64,000 bases of DNA from assembly GCA_032128875.1 (NCBI GenBank), contig JAVLKG010000002.1, forward strand, positions 1 to 64,000. The letters run 5' to 3'. Every line of letters starts with the position of its first letter. The first letter of the stretch is position 1. The stretch comes from Candidatus Melainabacteria bacterium 17Bon1m (GTDB taxonomy: Bacteria > Cyanobacteriota > Vampirovibrionia > Obscuribacterales > Obscuribacteraceae). Under the pieces are notes generated by a model. The model was not told where the DNA came from, did not search any database, and worked only from the letters and a program-made list of their open reading frames with translations. Below are positions 9,882 through 20,222 of the stretch, piece by piece. The position numbers were made by a program, and so were the translations under genes.

Positions 9882-11276
9882 ATGCTTCTCACTCTTGCCA
9901 CTACGCATAAGCCTGCTTCTGATCTTGGATTTTTGATGTACAAAAATCCGTCTGCTGTCCAAGCATTTGATTTGCCATTCGGCAAAGCGCACGTATTTTA
10001 TCCCGAAGCCTCTGACGATTTTTGTCGAATCGCATTGCTTTTGGACGTCGATCCTGTTCGGCTGGTGCGAGGTGGGGGCGGGAAGGGAGAAGGAGCGCTC
10101 GATCAATATGTGAATGATCGACCTTACGTGGCTTCTTCTTTTATGAGCGTTGCTATTGCACAAGTCTTCGGCAGCGCATTAGCTGGAAAAAGTCGTGAGC
10201 GCCCTGAATTAGTTAACCAAGCCATTCCCCTCGAGCTAACCATTTACTGCGTGGATTGTGCTGGTGGAGAAGCTCTATTGAAACGAGTTTTCGAACCGCT
10301 TGGCTATGAGATAGAAATCCAACGATATCCGTTGGATCAAACGTTTCCAGAGTGGGGAGAAAGCCGATATCACTCAATCACATTGAGAGCTGTTACCAGG
10401 GTGCATGATATTTTGACGCATGCTTATGTGTTGATTCCTGTTCTCGACAATGAAAAGCACTATTGGGTCGGTGAAGATGAGGTTGGCAAGCTCCTCAGGC
10501 ACGGAGAAGGTTGGCTCGCCAATCATCCAGACAAGAGCTTCATTGTCGACAGGTATCTACAGCGTAAGCGCAAGCTGACTCGACTTGCTTTGGAACGCTT
10601 AACGGACGATGAAGATTCCGATCCAGACGCCACAGACGAAGCTCACGCAAAAGAGGAAGAAGCAGTCGAGCGTCCACTAAGTTTGAACGACCGAAGAATT
10701 GGCAGTGTCATCTCCGTACTTAAGAAAGCTGCGGCACGACGTGTCATAGATCTTGGATGCGGTGAAGCAAGGCTTCTGGAACGGCTTTTGGCGGACAGCG
10801 ATTTTTCTGAGATAGCTGGCGTCGATGTTTCATATCGAGCGCTGGAGGTTGCTAAATCGAAGTTGCGATATGAGCAAATGTCCGATCGCCAAAAAGAGCG
10901 CATCAAGTTGATTCAAGGTTCGCTCACGTATCGAGACAAGCGCATGTCTGGATACGACGCAGCGACCTGCATAGAAGTAATCGAGCATTTAGATCCGCCT
11001 CGACTTACCGCTTTCGAGCGCGTTGTCTTCGAGTTTGCGCGACCCAAAACCGTTGTTTTGACGACGCCAAACATTGAGTACAACGTCAAATTCGAATCTT
11101 TGCCTGCCGGCAAACTGCGCCATCGAGACCATCGTTTTGAGTGGACGCGAGCGGAGTTTCATGGTTGGGCAAATGAGGTTTGCTCGCGTCATGGTTATCG
11201 CGTCGAGTTTCTCCCTGTCGGAGATGAAGATGCAGACCTTGGTCCTCCTACTCAGATGGGGGTTTTCACACTATGA
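9882..11276 (+). CDS. hen1: 3'-terminal RNA ribose 2'-O-methyltransferase Hen1
   Basis: MLLTL..PASDLGFL, YVNDRPYVASS, LIPVLDNEKHYWV, DLGCGE, EVIEHLD, RHRDHRFEWTR; ATGA overlap with pnkp. Confidence 0.95.
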   Translation: MLLTLATTHKPASDLGFLMYKNPSAVQAFDLPFGKAHVFYPEASDDFCRIALLLDVDPVRLVRGGGGKGEGALDQYVNDRPYVASSFMSVAIAQVFGSALAGKSRERPELVNQAIPLELTIYCVDCAGGEALLKRVFEPLGYEIEIQRYPLDQTFPEWGESRYHSITLRAVTRVHDILTHAYVLIPVLDNEKHYWVGEDEVGKLLRHGEGWLANHPDKSFIVDRYLQRKRKLTRLALERLTDDEDSDPDATDEAHAKEEEAVERPLSLNDRRIGSVISVLKKAAARRVIDLGCGEARLLERLLADSDFSEIAGVDVSYRALEVAKSKLRYEQMSDRQKERIKLIQGSLTYRDKRMSGYDAATCIEVIEHLDPPRLTAFERVVFEFARPKTVVLTTPNIEYNVKFESLPAGKLRHRDHRFEWTRAEFHGWANEVCSRHGYRVEFLPVGDEDADLGPPTQMGVFTL

Positions 11277-13822
11277 AAATTCAGATTCCAGAACTAAGCA
11301 TTGTCGCTCTGATTGGACCTTCCGGCTGCGGAAAGTCAACCTTTGGAAAACAGCATTTCAAGCCGACTGAAATCATATCATCTGACTTTTGCCGTGCTCT
11401 TGTTTCTGATGATGAGAATGATCAAAGCGCAACTAAAGATGCTTTTGATGTGGTTCGATTCATCGCTGACAAACGTCTTGCATCGAGAAAGCTTTGCGTG
11501 ATTGATGCGACCAGTGTCCGACCGGAAGATAGAAAGGAAATCGTCAATACTGCGCGCGCTAACGACGTGTTTGCAGTTGCGATCGTTTTCAATTTGCCGA
11601 GGGAGGTCTGTCAGTCGCGCAACGACGTTCGTCCCGATCGCCAGTTTGGTGAACATGTCATAAGACGGCAACACATTGCGATGCGTCATTCGCTCAAAGG
11701 GTTGGAACGTGAAGGCTTTCGACATGTTTATGTTCTCGATTCAGTCGAAGACGTGGACAACGTCGTGGTCGAGCGTACAAAACTTTGGACAGACAAGCGC
11801 GATGAGAAAGGACCGTTCGACATCATCGGTGATGTACACGGCTGTTATGACGAGTTGAAAGAACTGCTTTCTCAATTAGGATATCAGCCTCGTGAAGACG
11901 GAGTTTTGCATCATGCTGAAGGAAGAAAAGCTGTATTTCTTGGGGACCTTGTTGATCGTGGACCAAAGACCCCGGAAGTACTTCAACTCGTTATGAGTAT
12001 GGTCTCCTCAGGGACTGGCTTTTGTGTGGTTGGAAATCATGACGCAAAACTATTGAAGAAACTCAAAGGGCGCGACGTAAGAATTACACACGGCTTGAAA
12101 GAATCGTTGGAACAACTTGAATCTCATCCAGTAGAGTTTAAAGCGCAGGCGTCGAAATTTATCGATAAGCTGGTTAGTCACTACGTACTCGATGAAGGTA
12201 ATCTTGTCGTTGCTCACGCAGGACTGAAAGAGCAATTTCAAGGACGTAGTTCTGGTCGAGTTCGCGAGTTTGCAATGTACGGCGAAACGACTGGTGAAAC
12301 GGATGAATACGGTTTGCCGATTCGGTACAACTGGGCGCAAGATTATCGTGGACATGCAATGGTCGTTTATGGTCACACTCCAGTTCCTGAATGTGAGTGG
12401 ATCAATAAGACTATTTGCATCGACACTGGTTGTGTATTTGGCGGGAAGCTTACTGCCTTGAGATACCCAGAGCGTGAGCTGGTTTCGGTTAAAGCGGCGT
12501 ATACATACTATGAATCGGTCAAGCCTTTTCTGCCCGAGGGTAGCGCCGCCGCTGTCGATGGTGATAGGACGCGTGATTCCGATATGCTCGACATTCAAGA
12601 TGTACTCGGAAAGCGGATAATTTCGACAAGGCTGCAACGAGCAATTACCGTTCGAGAAGAGAATGCAATAGCTGCAATTGAGGTGATGTCCAGATTTGCC
12701 GTAAATCCAAAGTGGCTTGCGTATCTGCCACCAACAATGTCTCCGTCCGAGACTACTCAAGTTGAAGGAATGCTTGAGCATCCAAGTGAAGCACTTCGTT
12801 ACTACTTGAATGCGGGTGTGCCAACCGTCGTTTGCGAAGAAAAACACATGGGATCACGTGCAGTCGTTGTCGTATGTCGCGATGAGAAGGTCGCAGAAAG
12901 TCGATTCAAAGTCTATGGTGAAGGACGTGGCATTTGTTACACGAGAACAGGTCGTCGCTTTTTCAATGACTTGCAGTTGGAGCGAGACTTTATCTTGAAG
13001 GTTCATGCGGCTATTGATGCATGCGGCTGGTGGGATGAGTTTCATTCTGACTGGTTCATTTTCGATTGCGAATTAATGCCATGGTCCGCTAAGGCGCAAG
13101 AACTCTTGCGCAAGCAGTATGCCGCTGTCGGAGCCTCTGCGCAGGTTTCGATGGCTGCCGCGGTCACTGCCCTTCAACAAACCGCAGCGCGTATCAGTGG
13201 AGCAGAAGACCTTCTGGCTAGATATTCTTCGCGTCGTGAACTTGTAGACAAATTTCGCGATTCGTACCGCCGTTATTGCTGGACTGTCAATTCTTTGGAT
13301 GATTTGAAACTTGCACCATTCCACCTTCTGGCGTCGGAAAAAAAGACCTATTTTGATAAGGATCACCGATGGCACATGGATACTCTCGCCAAGCTTGCAG
13401 GAGTAACGGAAGGAATGTTAGTCGCAACACCTTATAAAGTCATTGATGTAACCTCTCCTGAGGATACTCATGCGGCAATTGATTGGTGGGAAAAACTTAC
13501 AGAGAGTGGCGGTGAGGGGATGGTCGTTAAACCTCTGGAATTCATTGCCCGAGGACCAAAGGGATTCGTCCAACCAGCGATCAAATGTCGCGGAAAGGAG
13601 TATTTGCGGATCATTTACGGTCCGGAATATACGGCGCCTGAGAACCTCGAGCGCTTGCGTGTTCGTGGAGTTGGTGGCAAACGCGCTCTTGCAACTCGTG
13701 AATTCGCTTTGGGCGTGGAGGCCCTAGAGCGTTTTGTGCGAGACGAGCCGCTCTATCGAGTCCATGAGTGCGTATTTGGCGTTCTTGCCATGGAAACAGA
13801 GCCTGTCGATCCCAGACTCTAG
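11273..13822 (+). CDS. pnkp: polynucleotide kinase-phosphatase-ligase Pnkp
   Basis: P-loop GPSGCGKST; metallophosphoesterase GDVHG/GDLVDRG/GNHD; ligase EEKHMGSRA and EGMVVKP; C-terminal EPVDPRL. Confidence 0.96.
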   Translation: MKIQIPELSIVALIGPSGCGKSTFGKQHFKPTEIISSDFCRALVSDDENDQSATKDAFDVVRFIADKRLASRKLCVIDATSVRPEDRKEIVNTARANDVFAVAIVFNLPREVCQSRNDVRPDRQFGEHVIRRQHIAMRHSLKGLEREGFRHVYVLDSVEDVDNVVVERTKLWTDKRDEKGPFDIIGDVHGCYDELKELLSQLGYQPREDGVLHHAEGRKAVFLGDLVDRGPKTPEVLQLVMSMVSSGTGFCVVGNHDAKLLKKLKGRDVRITHGLKESLEQLESHPVEFKAQASKFIDKLVSHYVLDEGNLVVAHAGLKEQFQGRSSGRVREFAMYGETTGETDEYGLPIRYNWAQDYRGHAMVVYGHTPVPECEWINKTICIDTGCVFGGKLTALRYPERELVSVKAAYTYYESVKPFLPEGSAAAVDGDRTRDSDMLDIQDVLGKRIISTRLQRAITVREENAIAAIEVMSRFAVNPKWLAYLPPTMSPSETTQVEGMLEHPSEALRYYLNAGVPTVVCEEKHMGSRAVVVVCRDEKVAESRFKVYGEGRGICYTRTGRRFFNDLQLERDFILKVHAAIDACGWWDEFHSDWFIFDCELMPWSAKAQELLRKQYAAVGASAQVSMAAAVTALQQTAARISGAEDLLARYSSRRELVDKFRDSYRRYCWTVNSLDDLKLAPFHLLASEKKTYFDKDHRWHMDTLAKLAGVTEGMLVATPYKVIDVTSPEDTHAAIDWWEKLTESGGEGMVVKPLEFIARGPKGFVQPAIKCRGKEYLRIIYGPEYTAPENLERLRVRGVGGKRALATREFALGVEALERFVRDEPLYRVHECVFGVLAMETEPVDPRL

Positions 13823-13893
13823 GACATACCTGTTCTCTCTGCTGCAGAAGTGCAATGTGTTTACTTGCACTTACTAACAGCCTCGCGATAGCA

Positions 13894-14955
13894 CTAACCC
13901 TTGATCGCTCTTAGAAGTGCACGGGGGAGTCCTTCTGCGGCGAGCTGTTGGAACGGTTCTACGCCGACGATGTCGAAGCGCGCACCATGGTCGACCAGTC
14001 GGGTGTCGAGTTTTCGCAGTTTTTTCTCTCCTTCCTCGTCATTGCCGATTTGCAAGAACTTTATTTTGATCTCGTTCGGGTTTTGCATCATTTGCGTAGC
14101 TTGAACGATTACATCACGTAAGTCGTGGTCGTCCTGCGGCTTGCCGTCCGTGATTACGGCGATGATCAGCGGACGTGCTCGACCTGTCGCGCGGCGTTGA
14201 AAGTACTGCTGCAACTGATCGTGCATTGGTGCCGCGAGTTTTGTGCCTATGAAAAGCCCATTGCGAGCATTCGCAATAATTGAGGGCATCTGTTGAAGTC
14301 TGACATTTTGATAAACATCGTACTCGCTCGAAAAGACGACAAGCGTGAATCCGAATTTCGGCAATCGCAAAGTTTGTCTAGTGAGGTCCATGCTCTGCGA
14401 CATGCACCATCTCCATTTTGAGATTTTCTCTGTCGCCATTGGGAAGTAGTCTTTCTCACCCATCGAACTTGAGCGATCTTGCATGATCACTATGTCGTGC
14501 GTAGACAACTGTTTAAGCTCTTGATCGTTGAGATCGCCCCGTAAGCGTGTTTGCGTAACGGTTGGCGTGAAGCGCATTCGATCAGCGCCGGCATTCATTG
14601 GCTGGAAATTTGAGTCGCCCAACTCTGATTGAAGCTGCCCACCTCTATCTTGCAAGCCTGACTGAAGTGGTCCTCGGTCACGAGCATTGCCGTCGAGGCG
14701 AGCACTTCCGGCTCTTGCCTGCATTGATGTTCCGGCAAATTGCTCTGGATCTACAAGCGAACCTTCATCCTGAACTTCAACCTGACCGTTGAGAGGAAAC
14801 CGTCTGCTTGGTTGTGCTGACGCCTGAGTTGTATTGTCGTAGTTTCCCTGTTGATACCCCGGATCGCGGCTGACTCGATAGCTGTTTTTCGCGTCGCCGG
14901 CAACACTGAATGGAAGGCAACTCAACAAAAGCAGGGCGATTAAATAGGGGCGCAA
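13894..14955 (-). CDS. secreted vWA-domain protein
   Basis: Signal peptide, low-complexity linker, MIDAS DRSSSM, GTKLA, VITDGKP, FLQIG; GAGGTG RBS with TTG start. Confidence 0.85.
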   Translation of the reverse strand: MRPYLIALLLLSCLPFSVAGDAKNSYRVSRDPGYQQGNYDNTTQASAQPSRRFPLNGQVEVQDEGSLVDPEQFAGTSMQARAGSARLDGNARDRGPLQSGLQDRGGQLQSELGDSNFQPMNAGADRMRFTPTVTQTRLRGDLNDQELKQLSTHDIVIMQDRSSSMGEKDYFPMATEKISKWRWCMSQSMDLTRQTLRLPKFGFTLVVFSSEYDVYQNVRLQQMPSIIANARNGLFIGTKLAAPMHDQLQQYFQRRATGRARPLIIAVITDGKPQDDHDLRDVIVQATQMMQNPNEIKIKFLQIGNDEEGEKKLRKLDTRLVDHGARFDIVGVEPFQQLAAEGLPRALLRAIKG

Positions 14956-15242
14956 GGCAGTTCACCTCGTAATGAAATTCGCAGTAAAAACTGAATGGAG
15001 CGGAGACGCTCCACGCACATGAGACGAACGGTATCAACGCCACGCCGCCTTTACCGCTATTTCAAATATAGCGTCTGAAACGCTGCATTGGGCGGTGTTT
15101 CGGCAAATCTGTCGCGTTTCTTACACAACTGCGGAGATTGAAATGTTTGATTGTGTATTCAATTCCCTCTGCTGAGTGATATCAGATCCCGAAAACGTGC
15201 TCTACGAAATTGATTTTGGACTTGGGAATTCTCCTAACCCGC

Positions 15243-15268
15243 GGAACTTTTCCTTAAGTTTTTTGTCT
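15243..15268 (+). promoter_or_regulatory. ECF-type promoter GGAAC-N17-GTCT
   Basis: About 45 nt upstream of ATG 15312; member of a recurrent motif set. Confidence 0.6.
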
Positions 15269-15311
15269 TATCCAGCGTACAAAGAGTGTGGGTCACTTGA
15301 GGTCTAAAACC

Positions 15312-15542
15312 ATGATTCTTGAACCTACCAATGTTAGGAAGCCCAAACTATCATCTGTTTGGCTGGATCGAATAAAGGAAGAATATCCAGACGAAAAAGC
15401 CGAAGCGGAGAATGAATTCTTCAGTGCTTTTGAGTGGAAATTGGCTCACAAACGCAGACTTCGCAGAATGCAGTCGCAGGGGCACGTGGAGCGAGCCGTC
15501 ACCAACTTATTCGAGAATCTCGGCTTGAAGGACGCTGCGTAA
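15312..15542 (+). CDS. small hypothetical protein (76 aa)
   Basis: GAGG RBS + ATG; upstream ECF-type promoter; downstream terminator. Confidence 0.6.
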   Translation: MILEPTNVRKPKLSSVWLDRIKEEYPDEKAEAENEFFSAFEWKLAHKRRLRRMQSQGHVERAVTNLFENLGLKDAA

Positions 15543-15614
15543 CAACGGAATCAGATCGTCCATTTCCATAGTTAGCGAACTAGAAACGAAACCGAAAACA
15601 AGCAACAAGAAAGG

Positions 15615-15645
15615 AAAAGCGGAGGCTCTTTGGCTTCCGCTTTTT
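15615..15645. terminator. bidirectional intrinsic terminator
   Basis: AAAAGCGGAGGC-TCTTTG-GCTTCCGCTTTTT between convergent genes. Confidence 0.75.
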
Positions 15646-15701
15646 GATCCAGCTAGCATTTTACTTACATCGCTAACTAATGAACCATCCTATGGATGGT
15701 C

Positions 15702-15872
15702 TTAGCAGGTCTTTCCCTCTTTGTCCTTCTTCTCGGGTTGAGATTCGTTTTCCTGACGACCCTTTTGTTCTTGTTGTTCATCGTCTGGCTTTTTACTCTG
15801 CTTTTCAAAATCTTTGTTTTTTTGTTCTTTTTGTTCTTGGTCGTCTTGGTTCAATTGCTTATCGTCAGCCAT
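15702..15872 (-). CDS. small highly charged hydrophilic protein (56 aa)
   Basis: AGGAGTGGAG RBS before ATG (MADDKQLNQ...); Q/E/K/D-rich. Confidence 0.55.
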   Translation of the reverse strand: MADDKQLNQDDQEQKEQKNKDFEKQSKKPDDEQQEQKGRQENESQPEKKDKEGKTC

Positions 15873-15995
15873 AACTCCACTCCTTTTAGTCATTTTTATC
15901 CACTAAAGAAGACCATATGCATTTGTCTCAGTTCCTATTTCAGTAGTGAAAAAACGCTGATGGTTATTGCTGTTTGAGCGTTGTGTAAAAACCAA

Positions 15996-16023
15996 TCAGG
16001 GTAACGCGATTGCGTCACCCTGA
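15996..16023. repeat. hairpin, possibly a degenerate REP-like copy or terminator
   Basis: TCAGGGTAACGC-GATT-GCGTCACCCTGA. Confidence 0.45.
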
Positions 16024-16108
16024 AGGTACGGCCAATAAACTTTGGAGAACAAATCTTCACTGAGTTGAACAAACCTGCGCTACAACCCAATTTGATTCTG
16101 TCACGCAG

Positions 16109-16780
16109 TTAGATGGTCCCAATTGCCTGTTTGAGGCGAGATTTCAGGTCTGTATAAATCTCGTTGGCCGAGGGCGGTGTTTCTGGGCGGCCCATGTTGG
16201 ACGCGACTCGATACATCGAATTTGTTAAACCGATGAAGAAGGGATGGAAGCCGTATTTAAGCATCTCGTCATAGGCTTGAGTAGCACCCCAGTTTTGCTG
16301 AGTCAAACGGTAGATCGCTACCATGGTGCCGCAACGGTCTTGACCCTGCCGGCAGTGCATATAGATTGGCCCGTTTTTCGGATCGTTGACTATTTTGAGA
16401 AACTTGTCGATGTCTTCATCCTTAACTGATTTGAACACACTGAGAGGAATGCTCACAGATTTCATGCCCATGGATTCGACGAGTTCTTTTTCGTTGGAAA
16501 TGTCTTTCTTCCCGTCTCTCAAATTGATGACGGTCTTTACACCGGCAGCCTTGAGTGCTTCGAAGCCCTGACGTGATGGTTGTGCACCACGAAGGAGGTA
16601 GGGAGTGACAACGCCGAAGTTAGGAACGACTTGTGCCAGAACTTGTGCTGTCGCAGATGTATTTGTTGTCGGAAGAGGAGTGATTAGCTTTTCAGAATTC
16701 GCATTAGCTGGAAGCTGACCGAGAAAAAGGGAGGAGGAGACCAGTAAGGACGCCACAAAACCAAAGCATCTTGGTGCCAT
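16109..16780 (-). CDS. secreted Cys-based tyrosine/dual-specificity phosphatase-fold protein (Siw14/PFA-DSP-like)
   Basis: PNFGVV..LLRGAQP, KTVINLR, active site HCRQGQDRCG (CX5R); signal peptide. Confidence 0.88.
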   Translation of the reverse strand: MAPRCFGFVASLLVSSSLFLGQLPANANSEKLITPLPTTNTSATAQVLAQVVPNFGVVTPYLLRGAQPSRQGFEALKAAGVKTVINLRDGKKDISNEKELVESMGMKSVSIPLSVFKSVKDEDIDKFLKIVNDPKNGPIYMHCRQGQDRCGTMVAIYRLTQQNWGATQAYDEMLKYGFHPFFIGLTNSMYRVASNMGRPETPPSANEIYTDLKSRLKQAIGTI

Positions 16781-17015
16781 AGGAGAATACCCGCCGTGAG
16801 AAACGCAACTTGTTGTCATACTAGCATCGGAATACAAAACCCGCACGCTCTGACACTTTCAACGCGCATAGTGTAAATTGATGTTTCAATTTTTGAAACG
16901 GGTTGTTGAAACAGGAACCCTTGAAGTGCGGCTCTAGTCTGCCTTTTACTTCGCCGATTGTATTCAATTCGCCGCAAATGCTTTTGCAATTATCATCCGA
17001 ACGTCTCAATTATGT

Positions 17016-17041
17016 GGAACCTGGGGGCGTGGTTTTGCGTC
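17016..17041 (+). promoter_or_regulatory. ECF-type promoter GGAAC-N17-CGTC
   Basis: Upstream of the 17218 lipoprotein phosphatase gene. Confidence 0.5.
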
Positions 17042-17217
17042 CTTTTGGCACCGGTTTTGAAGGATAGTGATACTTCTTTGCTCTTGTTTCCTCGAAACGG
17101 CTGATGAATAGCGCGTCTCCGTGGATATCGTTAGCAATTGCTCTTCGTCACTCGTGAGTTCGGCGTCCCTTTATTGAAGTCTGGCTCTATGAGCCGTTTT
17201 ACAAAGGATTAACTCAG

Positions 17218-17892
17218 TTGTATATTTTTCGCCGCCCAAATTTCCAATCGATAAAAACAATTCTATCGGTAATGGCTTTGCTTGTCTGCACGAGTGTTTT
17301 GACCGGTTGCGATATCCACAAGGAAACTGACGTCATTTATCGTGGACCGAATCCTTCCAAAAAGATGATCGACCGTTTGAAAGCGATGGGAGTTAGATCG
17401 ATTGTTAGTGTGAGAAATAACCCATCAGAGCGCAAAGAGAAGTACACCGAGAAAAATGGAATGAAATGGTTTTCTGTGAAAACCTCAGTTATGCATTCCC
17501 CAAAAGAAGAAGATATTCGCCGTTTTCTCAGCATCGTCAATAATCCCGCCAATCAACCGGTCTATGTTTGCTGCGTAGGCGGAATCGATCGTTCCAAGTT
17601 TTACATAACTGCATACAAAATTGCTGTCCTGGGTGCCGATCCAAATGATGCTGTTTCCCACATGGACGGTTCTACCTGGCATAAACTTTGGCCTGGTTTT
17701 CGCTACTATGTCGATATTTTGAAAGCGGGCGCAAAAGACAAATATGGCTGGAGACCGTGGATGACTCCTGAGACAGTAAATGCAAAAGAAGGAGAGGCGC
17801 CAGCCCCCGCAAAAAAGTCTCCGGAGACGGGCCTCAATGACACTTCCACAGATAGCGATGAAACGTCTATCGTAGGTATGCCAAGCAGGTAA
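17218..17892 (+). CDS. lipoprotein with PTP/DSP fold (YVCCVGGIDR)
   Basis: Lipobox LTGC; IYRGPNP, RSIVSVR; CX5R retained with His replaced by Cys. Confidence 0.8.
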   Translation: MYIFRRPNFQSIKTILSVMALLVCTSVLTGCDIHKETDVIYRGPNPSKKMIDRLKAMGVRSIVSVRNNPSERKEKYTEKNGMKWFSVKTSVMHSPKEEDIRRFLSIVNNPANQPVYVCCVGGIDRSKFYITAYKIAVLGADPNDAVSHMDGSTWHKLWPGFRYYVDILKAGAKDKYGWRPWMTPETVNAKEGEAPAPAKKSPETGLNDTSTDSDETSIVGMPSR

Positions 17893-17930
17893 AATATTCG
17901 AGTTGCCACTCGTATATAGACTGCACCTGC

Positions 17931-19025
17931 ATGTCGCTTCCACCTATACCGGTTCGCAAAATTATTCATGTTGATATGGATGCGTTTTTCGCATCAGTAG
18001 AGCAGCGCGACAATCCTGATTTGCGTGGAAAACCGCTTGCTGTAGGCGGAAGCCCGTCGCAGCGCGGCGTGGTAGCTGCTGCCAGCTACGAAGCGCGGAA
18101 ATTTGGTGTCCATTCAGCGATGCCCTCTCGCACTGCCGTGCAGCGTTGCCCACATCTGATTTTGGTAAAACCGCGCTTTAGTGTTTATCGCGAAGTCTCA
18201 GATCAGATTCACGATATTTTCAATCGATTTACCGACCTTGTTGAACCACTGTCTTTGGACGAGGCGTACCTTGATGTCACCGAGAACAAGCTCGGCGTGC
18301 CTTCCGCCACGCTCATAGCTAAGGAAATCAAAGACCTCATTTATAAGGAAACAAATCTCACAGCCTCAGCCGGCATCTCTATAAACAAGTTTCTCGCTAA
18401 AACCGCATCTGGTATCAACAAACCTAACGGTTTAACCCTCATAACGCCTGAAAAGGCAGAAGCATTCATTGAAAAGCTGGCAATTGAGGACTTCTATGGC
18501 ATCGGCAAAGTCACAGCTCAGAAGATGCACAGCTACGGAATTTACACAGGTGCAGATCTTAAGAAATTGAGTGAAGTAGAGCTGATCACGAAGTTCGGCA
18601 AGACTGGTAGTTATTATTTCCGAATTGTGCGTGCACACGATGACCGCCCGGTAGTTGCCAATCGAATTCCAAAGTCCATTGGCGCTGAGGAGAGTTTTGC
18701 CGAAGACTTAGCTGATCGGTATTCCATGGTGGCAGCGCTGGAAGAGCTCGCTGAAACAGTCGAAAGGCGCTTGGACAGTAACGGAACCGGTGGCCGAACC
18801 GTAACATTGAAGGTCAAGTACGGTGACTACCAGCAAGTGACTCGCAGTAAAACATTGAACGAGTCCATAAAAAGCTCGCATGAAATTATGAAAGTGGTGC
18901 ATGGCTTGATGACCGCAACTGAAATTGAGCAACGCAATGTCAGGTTGCTAGGTGTTCAAGTTTCCAGCCTTGATTGCGATCGAGAAGAGCCAGAATATGT
19001 GCAGCTGACGATAGAATTCGCGTAA
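17931..19025 (+). CDS. dinB: DNA polymerase IV
   Basis: RKIIHVDMDAFFASVEQRD, SYEARKFGV, SLDEAYLD, NKFLAK, KPNG. Confidence 0.97.
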   Translation: MSLPPIPVRKIIHVDMDAFFASVEQRDNPDLRGKPLAVGGSPSQRGVVAAASYEARKFGVHSAMPSRTAVQRCPHLILVKPRFSVYREVSDQIHDIFNRFTDLVEPLSLDEAYLDVTENKLGVPSATLIAKEIKDLIYKETNLTASAGISINKFLAKTASGINKPNGLTLITPEKAEAFIEKLAIEDFYGIGKVTAQKMHSYGIYTGADLKKLSEVELITKFGKTGSYYFRIVRAHDDRPVVANRIPKSIGAEESFAEDLADRYSMVAALEELAETVERRLDSNGTGGRTVTLKVKYGDYQQVTRSKTLNESIKSSHEIMKVVHGLMTATEIEQRNVRLLGVQVSSLDCDREEPEYVQLTIEFA

Positions 19026-19038
19026 GCAGAAGCGTGGT

Positions 19039-19056
19039 GGCGTGTTGCATACGCCC
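19039..19056. repeat. short REP-like palindrome
   Basis: GGCGTGTTGCATACGCCC between convergent dinB and the kinase gene; single copy in this window. Confidence 0.35.
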
Positions 19057-19106
19057 AAATTCTTGAGTGCTAGTTTGCTCACGACTAGTATGTACCAGAC
19101 CACTCT

Positions 19107-20222
19107 CTAGCCGACGTCGCGCAACCCATAATCGTCGTAGTTGAGTTGATGCGTAACATCCATTGATTCCAGAAGTCCAGGCATTCTTTTTCGCAGTGGT
19201 TCGTCATTCCTTAAAACTTCAGCGCGTTGAGGTGGAACAAGCACTGTTACTGCCTTCGGCAGAATAGTGACACGTATCGGCGTGGTGCCGCACTCTTCGC
19301 CGTCGATCATCGCTGGCGCTTGAGAAACGCGTGCAGGATCGGGGATTTTCTTTCCTGCAAGAATGTTTCGCCAGTCTTTTGCCATTCGTTGGAATTCTGA
19401 GCGAACTCCGCGTCGCGGCAGTGCTTCCACCACGGCTTCCTTGCATCGCAAAATGCACTCTGGAGCCTTTTCATCAACGCTTCCAGCGACAAAACGGAAG
19501 CCCAGATTGACATAGTCTGTGAACTTGACCGGGTCTACGATATGTAATTCGAGGAATCCATCGCTCAAATTTGATAGGTCATTTGTTTTGCCCATACCCA
19601 GGTCTTCGACATTGGCAAGGAAAATTCCCGAGGCTTGAACCTTGAATGTCATTCCTCCAGTCGTGATTCTAAAGACGCGCGGAGGCATCGCAATCGTTTG
19701 AATCATTGCGCTGATATAAGCCAGCAGTCTAAAACGCGTCTTTAGTTCCCGCGCTGGACGCATGAATGCATCCGAAATCGGCCCCACTCCTGCCATACCT
19801 GCGAAGTATTCGCCGTTCATCATTGCCATGTCGATCTGGACAGGTCTTCCGTTAACAATATAGTCGAATGCGTGTTCTAGCGGGTTGGCTAAGATGCTTT
19901 CTCTGACGATACCGAGGTTGCGGGCCAGCACATTGCCAGTACCGAGTGGGAAAATCGCGCAGGGGATGCTAGATTTCGCTTTCGCAAGCGCGGCCAAAGC
20001 AAAGCGGACTGTTCCATCACCGCCCGCAGCAATTACCAGGTCCAGAGGCGGTTTAAACAACGGTACGAGGTGTTCTGGCCCTGTCTCTGCCGTCGTCGGA
20101 TAGAAAGACACCAGATATTCGTCGTGCTCATTGAGCTTTTCTACCAGTTTGCCGATCCAGACCTCAGTTTGCACTTGAGACTTAGCGGCGGGATTGTAAA
20201 TAACGAGTGCATGTTTTGGCAT
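19107..20222 (-). CDS. diacylglycerol/lipid kinase family protein (YegS/DgkB-like)
   Basis: IYNPAA, AAGGDGTV, PLGTGNVLARNLG, DGFLE, MIDGE. Confidence 0.9.
   Translation of the reverse strand: MPKHALVIYNPAAKSQVQTEVWIGKLVEKLNEHDEYLVSFYPTTAETGPEHLVPLFKPPLDLVIAAGGDGTVRFALAALAKAKSSIPCAIFPLGTGNVLARNLGIVRESILANPLEHAFDYIVNGRPVQIDMAMMNGEYFAGMAGVGPISDAFMRPARELKTRFRLLAYISAMIQTIAMPPRVFRITTGGMTFKVQASGIFLANVEDLGMGKTNDLSNLSDGFLELHIVDPVKFTDYVNLGFRFVAGSVDEKAPECILRCKEAVVEALPRRGVRSEFQRMAKDWRNILAGKKIPDPARVSQAPAMIDGEECGTTPIRVTILPKAVTVLVPPQRAEVLRNDEPLRKRMPGLLESMDVTHQLNYDDYGLRDVG

Noticed and set aside
12050-12847. 265-aa minus-strand ORF, and similar long antisense ORFs such as 59742..60449 and 27221..27772
   Set aside because: Overlap confidently identified genes on the other strand and show no motifs.
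15696-15977. 93-aa very hydrophobic plus-strand ORF
   Set aside because: Antisense shadow of the K/Q/E-rich small gene, which has the better RBS.
16914-16940. Further ECF-like sites at 16914 (+, GGAAC-N18-GTCT) and near 20278 (-, GGAAC...CTCTAA toward the lipid kinase)
   Set aside because: The first is about 280 nt from the next start with a closer site available; the second lacks GTC. Both are possible but were left out of the count.
17893-17930. LexA/SOS box upstream of dinB
   Set aside because: Only a short CGAGT-N4-ACTCG palindrome that matches no LexA consensus I know.
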